A model generated the notes under the pieces. It had not been told where the DNA came from. It searched no databases and worked only from the letters and a program-made list of their open reading frames with translations. Of a stretch of DNA of 12,601 nucleotides, positions 1-8,300 are shown in pieces; the first letter of the stretch is position 1, and each line of letters begins with the position of its first letter. The position numbers and the translations under genes were made by a program. Source of the DNA: Candidatus Hodarchaeota archaeon (GTDB lineage Archaea > Asgardarchaeota > Heimdallarchaeia > Hodarchaeales > Hodarchaeaceae); assembly GCA_016840035.1 (NCBI GenBank), contig JAEOTC010000152.1, forward strand, positions 1 through 12,601, given 5' to 3'.

Positions 1-2
1 AT

Positions 3-131
3 TAGCTGAATTAATGCTATAACAGAACCTACTGCATCAGGATCAGCCTGTTCATGCATAGCTAATATTATCGGTTCATCATTAACCTTTATCCAGTTAA
101 TAAATTTCTCGATTCTTTTATGGAAAGTCAA
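3..131 (-). CDS. DHH-family phosphoesterase (NrnA/RecJ-like), N-terminal fragment, runs off the left edge
   Basis: Not in the ORF track. Manual translation from TTG at 131 gives (M)TFHKRIEKFINWIKVNDEPIILAMHEQADPDAVGSVIALIQL; H-x-x-x-DPDAxGS is DHH motif I. Starts 8 nt after the stop of the HD gene, consistent with an operon. Confidence 0.8.
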   Translation of the reverse strand, partial: MTFHKRIEKFINWIKVNDEPIILAMHEQADPDAVGSVIALIQL

Positions 132-139
132 TTGGATCC

Positions 140-676
140 CTATTTCTCTGGAGTGGAAAGTAATGTTTCAATTTCATAATGTAATGTTTTTACTCTTTGA
201 ATAATTGGATGAGATTCTTCCAAATAACGAGAATATCGTTTGACAACTTGTTCCGATGTCAAAATATCATTTTCCTTAGATATGTTATCAGCATAAGCGA
301 CGATTTTTTCTTCTAGTGTGTTTGGGAGAAAATCTCTAAACGGTAGATTAAACTCTGAGGTTTCCTCCTTTGAGATTCCAGCAAAAATATGGTTTTCTAC
401 AATACTCACTAATTCTGTCGACATGTTTTCTTTTTTTAAGATATTAGCGCCAATAACCCCATGATCAAGTTTATGCGACTGCGACCTTCCGATATCATGA
501 AGCATAGCCCCAGCTAAAACTAGATCACAATTGATTGGAAAATTTCGTTCTTTCAATTCTCGGGTTATTTTTATAGCAGATCGAGTTGTAAGATAAAGAT
601 GTGAAATGACCCTATTGGGAACTGAAGATTTGAATAGTAGTTGTAAACATTGTGAATAAGTGGGGAGGGATGTCAG
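140..676 (-). CDS. HDIG/HD-domain metal-dependent phosphohydrolase
   Basis: Motifs LHDIGR, HGVIGA, VENH and EEKIVAYAD are present. The frame is open upstream of the called TTG (556) up to an in-frame TGA, adding LTSLPTYSQCLQLLFKSSVPNRVISHLYLTTRSAIKITREL with the first conserved His (VISH). The only plausible start is CTG at 676. Confidence 0.85.
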   Translation of the reverse strand: MTSLPTYSQCLQLLFKSSVPNRVISHLYLTTRSAIKITRELKERNFPINCDLVLAGAMLHDIGRSQSHKLDHGVIGANILKKENMSTELVSIVENHIFAGISKEETSEFNLPFRDFLPNTLEEKIVAYADNISKENDILTSEQVVKRYSRYLEESHPIIQRVKTLHYEIETLLSTPEK

Positions 677-725
677 TAGCCTTCATCTCAATCTAAATTA
701 AAGCGAAGAGATAGGGACGGAGGGA

Positions 726-756
726 TTTTCATAAGACAGTTTTCTACTTATCTAAT
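726..756 (-). other. 31-nt tRNA intron at position 59/60 (T-loop) with bulge-helix-bulge motif
   Basis: 4-bp helix TTCA/TGAA flanked by 3-nt bulges AAA and AAT, with the T stem as the outer helix. Cutting after the second bulge nucleotide restores TTCAAAT exactly. Confidence 0.88.
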
Positions 757-795
757 TTTGAACCCCCGGCCTCTTGGTCCCGAACCAAGAATCAT

Positions 796-825
796 CTGGT
801 CAACGTATTTGGGTTAAATACGATT
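796..825 (-). other. ~30-nt tRNA intron in the D-loop (relaxed BHB/BHL); boundaries +/-1-2 nt
   Basis: Helix GGTT/GACC with bulges TTA and AGA, and internal hairpin CGTATTT-AACCC-AAATACG. Removal restores GG-TTTT-A-TGAT. Confidence 0.75.
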
Positions 826-1155
826 AAAACCAATCTAGACCACGTCCCTTTTTTAATTCACTAATCTATTATAGTCTATTGAGTTTACCGTGTTTCAAAA
901 AAAAGTTCTAAACGATTTAAATTTTTCTTGTGTCTGATTGAATAACTCTGAGTAAGAACTCATCGAAGGGAAAAAAGAAGTTCCTAACAATCAAATATCG
1001 TCAATCTGTTCCAGAATCAGGAATTTTCTGAAAGCAGGCGTCTTTATACACTTCTTCTTCCATTCTATCCGAATATCTTTGTTTTCTTTCTTCCAAGATT
1101 TAACTTTTTCTTCGATTTCTGATTTTGAATATAAAAAGCTCCTGAATAATAATTA

Positions 1156-4100
1156 TTGAGAACAATGTCTAATAGCTTCACTCATTCTCGGTCTAAGAAT
1201 TCTAGTAAATTTCCTCCGATGTCGATTTTAAGTAGTATCTTACGAAGTACTGAACCACCTGACGAGGATTATTCAACTATACCGTATCTAGAGTTTTTGA
1301 AATCCTACACTTCCGAGATTGACCTAGATTATTTTCAAAACCGCCGTCCTTTGATCGAGCATGAATTACTTAGTAACTCTGGTCATCAGTTTTTCTTTCT
1401 TAGAGGAAAAACTGCTCGTGGTAAAAGTGAGGCTATGTGTGTTAATACCCTCCATAAAACATTAGAGAAAGATGCTTATGCTATTGTTTTGGCTCATAAT
1501 CGCGGTTTAGCAGAGGAACTCAAGGAAAAATTTGCTACATACATGAGATTACTCAGAGATAATCGTCAAATTGTCGCTTACTATAAGGACACTGAAGAAG
1601 CAAATAAGTTGATTCGAGATCAGGTGCGTGGGGGGAAAGATCAAGTAGCAGTGTTTATTATGACTCCTTTTATGCTACTTGGGTCATTTACTAGTTTTTC
1701 ATTAATGGGTCAAATTGAACACAAAGAAGTATTAGATCAACTAGGTGATTGTGAAATGTGGGGAAAAGTCTTTGCAAGTCATAATATCCAGTGGGCTAAC
1801 AAGCTTTCCTCACCTTCCATTATCTTAATAGATGAAGTTGATTCTTATCCGCTTCCTGCTTTACTTTGCTTGTCCATCTTCGTACGTTATCTAATTTGGA
1901 AAAAATCTGATATAAAAGTTGTACTTTCCTCGGCTACTGTCACCAATCCCGATCGTTTTACTAACCTCTTTTTTGGCTCAGATAGTGACTATCTAGATCT
2001 AACAGGTTTGGGTAGACGGGGTACCACTAATATCAACGTCTATTGTGAGGATGAACCCCAGGAGTTGTTAGATTACTTTATTCAAGCAGTAAAATCATAT
2101 ATTGAAGAGGAACGGGCCAGAGTCAAACCAGGAAACAACTACATTCCTCAAAAAGTGATTGTATTCTTGAATAATAAGAGAGATATTGATCTTAAAGCAC
2201 TGATAGGTACTTTTTCTGATTATTTTATTACTGCTCATGGTGACATGCAAACTAAAAAAGTCACAGAACGCATTCGTGAGTTTCGAAGTAAACGTCTTAA
2301 GATCTGCTTGGTTGCTACAAGCATCATTCAATCAGGATTAGATATTCCAGATGCATCGTGGGTAATTTTTTATGGTATTCCCCGTAAAGATCGTGAATAT
2401 CTCCAACAGCGAGGACGGGCTAATCGTGTTTCCACTCAAGAGGGAAAGATTGATATTATTCTACGATCAGTGAATAAATTTGAAAAGGACAAAGCGACTA
2501 ATATCAATGCTTTGGCTGAATTTATTTTACAGGAAGAACCCCCTCCTTTTCAAACCCCATATTATACCCCATTAACATTACAATATGCCATTGTCATGGG
2601 AGTGGTGTTTGGTTATTGGGATATAATTAATAGGCTGAAGAAGGGGTTTTATGGAAGAAATGATTCATTTTTCCGGCAAGAAGTTGATCAAGCCTTTCTT
2701 AAATTACTTGACGAACAAGTAGTAACAGTAGGATCTAATGAGATGATTTATCCTACTGATAAAACAAAGAAGTGGATCCATGCCTTTCCCAAACGATTTG
2801 GAGTTGAACTTTACAAGGTTGTGTTTCGTACAAAGACATCACAGGAGAAGAAACTTGGAACAATTAGCCTGTCAGAACTGTTTCGTAAAGGATTACCGAG
2901 TCAAACACTGGCCTACATTGATGACACCTATCAAGTTATTGAAATCGACCCAAAGAAGAAGATTGTCTATGTAAAAAAAGGATACCTTGAATTATACTCT
3001 GAACTTAATGAAGTGAAAAAAACAACTACTGCTACTGACGTAATAGCCCATGATCAGAAAATGGGTGTAGCACTTGTTGAAGTCATTGAAACAGAGAGAG
3101 TAATAACAAAAGATGTTCTAGTAGGATCCTTCGACTTAGATATAGTGCCTAACAGACAAGATTATAGGTTTACAGGCATATTTCTCAAAACGAAACAAAT
3201 TACTATTCCAATCGAAAGGAAAATCCGTCAATACTGTGGCCAACTTGATATTGATCGCTCAGTTTTTCAATCAACTACGTGCTATCATGAAGAACTGGGA
3301 ATAGGAATGTTACTAATTGATACTAGCAGACTTGATCTAACAAGCATGTTGTATCACCAATGGATAAAACCAAAAAACACGCGAGAAAAAACTCGGAAGA
3401 AAAAATCAAGAAAGAAAACGAGGAAGGGGAAAAAAAATACAACTGGAAAGACTCAAACGCTTTATCAGGAAACAAAGAACCGATTTCATCAATATTTACG
3501 TGATTTTCATTTCACTGTTGGATGTCTAGCTGATCTGCATTTGAATGGACAACCAATCACAGTAAATGATCAGGAAGTCGACTTTCGTCAATACTGCCAC
3601 ACATTAGTAAAACCTTTGAAGAAAGCCTCGGTAATTATTTTTCTTGGGGATACCATTGATAGAATAGCAGCTAATGATTTTACTATGGCAAAAGCTCAAC
3701 TGTTCATACTATACGAAGTCTTAGATGAACTAGACTTGCTTTATAAAACGATTTTTGTCCTAGGGAATCACGATTATGATAAGCGATATTTTCGATGGCG
3801 AAAAACAATAAATATCGCGATAGAACTCCGGTGGACATTAAAACCTTATCAAGATTTGATTTTCATCCATGGGCATAATTCAAAAATGGAACAATATTTG
3901 GATAAACCAGAAATAACTGGAAAAGAAATTAACAACTGGCGAACGGTTTTTGTCAAACCGGTGAAAGGGAAAAGAGTCCGAAAAGATGACTTTCTAGTGG
4001 CCGGTCATCTTCACAAAGGGTTTTGTAACCGTGACCAGCATTCTCTTGGTGTTCCTTCTGCGAGGAAATATTTGTCATCTCCTCAAAACGAAGGATGGAT

Positions 4101-4182
4101 TGGGCTGTTTGGTTTTGGTACTTTTGATGATCCTTGGGAACCATTTATTGCTATTGAGAATCCTTACAAATTAGAGATATGA
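1156..4182 (+). CDS. SF2 helicase (YprA/MrfA/SftH/Hrq1-like) fused to a C-terminal calcineurin-like metallophosphoesterase
   Basis: Helicase motifs: GKTARGKS (1405-1428), TPFML, IDEVDSY (DEVD 1831-1842), SSATVTNP, HGDM, ATSIIQSGLDI, QQRGRANR, and the MrfA-like segment LGTISLSELF..YQVIEID..IVYVK (2854-2976). MPE motifs: DLH (3532), GDTID (3646), GNHD (3763), HGH (3868), GHLH (4003). The start may be ATG 1165. Confidence 0.85.
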   Translation: MRTMSNSFTHSRSKNSSKFPPMSILSSILRSTEPPDEDYSTIPYLEFLKSYTSEIDLDYFQNRRPLIEHELLSNSGHQFFFLRGKTARGKSEAMCVNTLHKTLEKDAYAIVLAHNRGLAEELKEKFATYMRLLRDNRQIVAYYKDTEEANKLIRDQVRGGKDQVAVFIMTPFMLLGSFTSFSLMGQIEHKEVLDQLGDCEMWGKVFASHNIQWANKLSSPSIILIDEVDSYPLPALLCLSIFVRYLIWKKSDIKVVLSSATVTNPDRFTNLFFGSDSDYLDLTGLGRRGTTNINVYCEDEPQELLDYFIQAVKSYIEEERARVKPGNNYIPQKVIVFLNNKRDIDLKALIGTFSDYFITAHGDMQTKKVTERIREFRSKRLKICLVATSIIQSGLDIPDASWVIFYGIPRKDREYLQQRGRANRVSTQEGKIDIILRSVNKFEKDKATNINALAEFILQEEPPPFQTPYYTPLTLQYAIVMGVVFGYWDIINRLKKGFYGRNDSFFRQEVDQAFLKLLDEQVVTVGSNEMIYPTDKTKKWIHAFPKRFGVELYKVVFRTKTSQEKKLGTISLSELFRKGLPSQTLAYIDDTYQVIEIDPKKKIVYVKKGYLELYSELNEVKKTTTATDVIAHDQKMGVALVEVIETERVITKDVLVGSFDLDIVPNRQDYRFTGIFLKTKQITIPIERKIRQYCGQLDIDRSVFQSTTCYHEELGIGMLLIDTSRLDLTSMLYHQWIKPKNTREKTRKKKSRKKTRKGKKNTTGKTQTLYQETKNRFHQYLRDFHFTVGCLADLHLNGQPITVNDQEVDFRQYCHTLVKPLKKASVIIFLGDTIDRIAANDFTMAKAQLFILYEVLDELDLLYKTIFVLGNHDYDKRYFRWRKTINIAIELRWTLKPYQDLIFIHGHNSKMEQYLDKPEITGKEINNWRTVFVKPVKGKRVRKDDFLVAGHLHKGFCNRDQHSLGVPSARKYLSSPQNEGWIGLFGFGTFDDPWEPFIAIENPYKLEI

Positions 4183-4331
4183 AAAATCTGTTTAATTCGA
4201 GGCTCAATGTGTGAGAAAGAGAATTTCCTCATTCTTCTAATAAAACCATTAACATAACGAAAGCTGGGAGGTTAAATTTTCCTCTCAAATTAGGACAGTA
4301 AATACCCCTGACCCCCAAATAAGAAGAAGGG

Positions 4332-5126
4332 ATGAGAGATTTCATGGATAATGACACTGTTTCGACAAACCAGAAACATCAACTAGCCTATCAACAGAAA
4401 ATCCTTTCTCTATTTGAGCAAATGATGAAACGTTCCCGTAAAATTAAACGAACGGGGAAACCACAGTTTCAAGGGCATCAAGGGACAGATTTCTCAATCA
4501 GTGGGGTGATTGAAACACAGGAGAAGATCCTAGTTATTGAATCGTGTGCGGATCGGTGTTTATCACTAGAAGACATAGAGGTAATTGTTCAAGGGCAATT
4601 TGATCCACTGAGCAAGGAAGAGGAGATTATTGCTATCATAGACAGTAAAAATGGGTTTGAAAAACAAGTTCTTACTAGCTTCCCCTCAGTACATTATCCA
4701 TTGGTACTAACAAGTCAAACACAATTGATTACAACCAATATTCTAGCTCCTCCAATAACCAAGGGTTTTAAAATAATTGACGAACTGTTCCAGATTTCTC
4801 GAACTAGTAAACCCATTTTTCTTTCATCAGAGCTTAAGTACGAACTTGTTGCTTTTATTACTGATGGTACAACGCGATTACGTCTATATTTTGCATTATT
4901 ATCTCGGCCAAAGTACATCTATGAACTTGCACGTGAACTTAAGACATCACCCGCTTCAGTTTATCGTGCAATCCATGCCTTGAAGAGTAAGAAACTCCTT
5001 ATTTGTCTTAATCCTAAAAGTTCACGGAGAAAATACTACCAACTAACTCCACTAGCCCTAGCTTTACGAGAGGACCTCATGGCATTTAATAATCGAAATC
5101 AGTTAGATACTGACAAGGCGGATTAG
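4332..5126 (+). CDS. Probable transcriptional regulator: degenerate restriction-endonuclease-like N-domain plus C-terminal winged HTH (ArsR/MarR-like)
   Basis: The C-terminus RLRLYFALLSRPKYIYELARELKTSPASVYRAIHALKSKKLL..RRKYYQLT is a typical wHTH. The N-terminus GHQGTDFSISGVIE..ILVIESC resembles the Mrr-like GxSG..hD..hhhEcK pattern. Purine-rich AAGAAGGG lies just before the ATG. Confidence 0.7.
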   Translation: MRDFMDNDTVSTNQKHQLAYQQKILSLFEQMMKRSRKIKRTGKPQFQGHQGTDFSISGVIETQEKILVIESCADRCLSLEDIEVIVQGQFDPLSKEEEIIAIIDSKNGFEKQVLTSFPSVHYPLVLTSQTQLITTNILAPPITKGFKIIDELFQISRTSKPIFLSSELKYELVAFITDGTTRLRLYFALLSRPKYIYELARELKTSPASVYRAIHALKSKKLLICLNPKSSRRKYYQLTPLALALREDLMAFNNRNQLDTDKAD

Positions 5127-5174
5127 AACTTTCAACTATCAACCAGAAATAATGAAAAGACCAAATGACATGAT

Positions 5175-5197
5175 GGGATAACTAGGGGATAACTAGG
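5175..5197 (+). repeat. Perfect tandem 11-bp direct repeat (GGGATAACTAG)x2
   Basis: Read directly: 5175-5185 and 5186-5196 are identical. Intergenic. Confidence 0.9.
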
Positions 5198-5242
5198 TGG
5201 AAGGGTTATGATATGGTGATGATAAGGAGGAGACAATCAGAA

Positions 5243-5252
5243 TTTAAATATA
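5243..5252 (+). promoter_or_regulatory. Putative archaeal TATA box for the large protease gene
   Basis: TTTAAATATA about 90 nt upstream of ATG 5340; SD-like GGTGA at 5327-5331. Confidence 0.4.
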
Positions 5253-5339
5253 ACTGCAAGAATAGTAATCTAACTCCAAAAATTCAGTGAATATATTTTT
5301 TGGAGAGAAAAAACATAAAAGTCATTGGTGAAATAAAAA

Positions 5340-8300
5340 ATGAACACCCCACAAATAAAAAAAAAGAAAAAACCAATTAAATATTTACTTGTAGGAACGC
5401 TTCTCCTCATTCTGATCATAGGAGCCATTCCTCTTAAGGAAGTGGATCTTAATGATAGTTCCGGTAAAAGAATGGTAGTAGACTCCTTATCTTTACCTTC
5501 CTCACAAGTAACTGCCGTAGAGGACACGGAAATAACAGAAGAAGCTCTTCCAGCTGATCATGATATCACATCTTTCTCTGAAAGTGCAGTAAAAGGAAGT
5601 GTTAGTCAACAGATTAGAATTCCTGACCCGACTGGGAACACCGCGGGTTATATAATAAATGACACTACTGAAAGTTTCGAACTTATGCAGTCGCGTGGAC
5701 AAACGAGTCGACATTGGTATGATCCCGTCATGGATGAATATCAATATTCTTCTGATAGCTTAGTGAATCAAACAGGCACTCTAATTGAAACAGATTGGGT
5801 AACAGAGGATGAATTTTTATATCGTTTTTTCATTCAGTTCCAAACAGGTTCGAGAGTCACGTTTAATAGTTATTTAGATATTGCTACCTACATCACTACT
5901 TTGGACCCAGCTTCTATTTGGGCTGTAGGATTTGAAGGGTTTTCTGGGGCAATGGCTTTTTATCTAAATTCTGCGGATTTAATATCGGGGCATGGACAGT
6001 ATGTGTATTGGCCCCGTCTTCTTAACGGCCAGCTTACAGCATTTGATCATCCTATATTTGCATTTTACCCTCATCTTTATGTAAAAATCGAATCTGAATG
6101 GATAGATCAAATCCTCTGTGATCGCTCACTCTTTTCAAATGGATTGATACCATCAATAGCCAGTTTAGATTTTTACGCCTCAGAGACCGAATTTGGAATT
6201 ACCTATACAGTTTCAAATGCTCAAATCCAGGACACAACATGGACCATTAAACATGGATTTAAATATAGAATGAATAACCAACAATTCCATAAAATAACAG
6301 AATTGATATGTCATAATCAAGATCTTGACGATGTTAGTTTGACATACGATATTACACATAGCCCTCAAGCCTCCAATACTGATTTTGAACCAGAGACCTA
6401 TCGAATAAAGAATAGTACAGATCAAATTCTCCTTCCTGCAAACATGCCATGGAATGCAGAGGAACGTCTGGATGAGTTCGAGACCAATATAGAAATTATT
6501 TCAATTAACAAACAAGGTTTAAGATTCTCCTTCGGAGATTTAGAATTAAGTGGGTTCACTAAACCGATACTAGAATTAATATCACAGAGTATGCCTGATG
6601 AGTCATTCAAGATGGTGTTACGTGCGGGAATGACAGGCCTTGGATCTCTTCAAAAGGAACAATGGCTTCAAATTGATCCCTCTACAGGAACCATTTATTC
6701 TACCGATAATTACGATCTGTACAAAGCTTGTGGTGCAGGTTCATATACAACTGGTGATACGGTTATGAAAGTGGGAATCGTCGGAGGTTATCCTACGTCC
6801 TCAGCCGCCCTTGCATATATGGCATTTAATACAGGGATTAATGATATTATCGATTCGATCAGTAGTCCTTCTATGCAAATATATTATACGACAGGGGACA
6901 CATTTGAATCTGACGAGGGAATCTCTTTACGAGTATACAATATTGTGGGTTCAGGTAATGGGGCAGATAGTAATACGCTCAAAGAAGATTCTCAATCTTA
7001 TTCACTAGGAACCAATTCTTTAGAAACTCTAGTATGGGGTCACCAATCCTCTGCTGGATATGCTTCAGCAGATACGAATGACCTAGACGATCTACTGGAA
7101 TATTGGGCATTGTATCGTGGATCATCGGAAAACTGGGTTAGTTTTCGTTTGGAAGGCTATGGGATGGATGCATTTACATCTGATGCAGCAATCTTTTCTG
7201 ATTCCCAGACGTCTGGAACTTCTCAAGATCCCAAGTTAAGTTTTACTTATGCATTTTCCGAAACCGCTTCAATCTCAGGATACGTTACCGACACTGACAA
7301 TACATCTTTGGCTGGTATCCATGTGGATTTATATCAAGATTCTACTAGTCTAAAGGTAGCAGGAGATCTTACTGATTCAAATGGTTTCTACGAATTTTCG
7401 ATTGAACCCTCCTCTAGTACACATCTTCTCTATGCCTGGGATCCTGATTATCTCACTCAAAATATCGGTCTCACTCCACGAAATCATAAAGAAGTTAATT
7501 TTACTCTTGCTGCAGAAACTATTCCTTCCCCTCAAGCCCCACTGGGTTGTCATGATCCCTCCAATTATACTGGAGGAAGTAGTTGGCTGAATGTAACCTC
7601 AGCTTATTCAAATGGGACGTATTATGCTATAGGCAATGATTCCACAAATAATATTACCTATAATACATACAACTGGGATGTTCCTGGTAATGATACACAG
7701 GATTACGGCAAGATCAAAGGTGTATATGTCCTGATCCATTGGAAATCGGTTATTAATGATCGGGTAGCGGTCCGATTACGCTGGAGCTCTAGTAATGGTG
7801 ACTGGCACAATCTAGCCGCAAATAGCTCATGGAACCTTGCTAAACTTAATTACACAGATGCCGCTACTTGGTATTTGAACAAAATCAATTCAATTAACTT
7901 TCGGGTTGAGATTGGTTTCTTATCCCAGAATTCTGTGGATGCTGTACTTATCGATTGGGTAGGTACCTTAGTTGAGTACTATGATGTTCGTGCTGAGGAT
8001 ATCGTTATTGCCTCTGGTTCGTCTAAAGGAATAAATCAAACATTTGGGTTGAAATTCAAGAATTATGGTACTCTTACCCCCAGCACAACTGTTGATGTAA
8101 AAGTAAAAATCGAGGCCCTAAATTATACAAATTATCATACTTGGGTAGATGAGGAGTATCACTATTTAATTGGTACACTTGATCCTGGTGAAACCTCAAG
8201 TGTTCCTATGTATAGATATTTCCCCTATATCTTTCAAGGCTACAATGATTCTTCCTGTGAGAATTGGGATGGTTGGTTTGCTATGAATATTGGTGTGTAC

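Larger units (their letters stand above)
712..849 (-). tRNA. tRNA-Pro(CGG) with two non-canonical introns (D-loop ~20/21 and T-loop 59/60)
   Basis: Acceptor stem AGGGACG/CGTCCCT plus discriminator A; D arm GTCT..TGAT; anticodon arm CTTGG-TT-CGG-GA-CCAAG (anticodon 782-780); T arm GGGGG-TTCAAAT-CCCTC after removing 756-726. No encoded CCA. Confidence 0.92.

Noticed and set aside
990-1150. Lys/Glu-rich minus-strand open stretch (SEIEEKVKSWKKENKDIRIEWKKK...)
   Set aside because: About 50 codons with no start codon after the upstream stop; at most a gene remnant.
5127-5339. CRISPR array, or Cas3 assignment for the helicase plus HD gene
   Set aside because: Only a two-copy 11-bp repeat without spacers. 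The helicase motifs are YprA-like, and the HD gene is a divergently oriented stand-alone HDIG protein in a separate operon.
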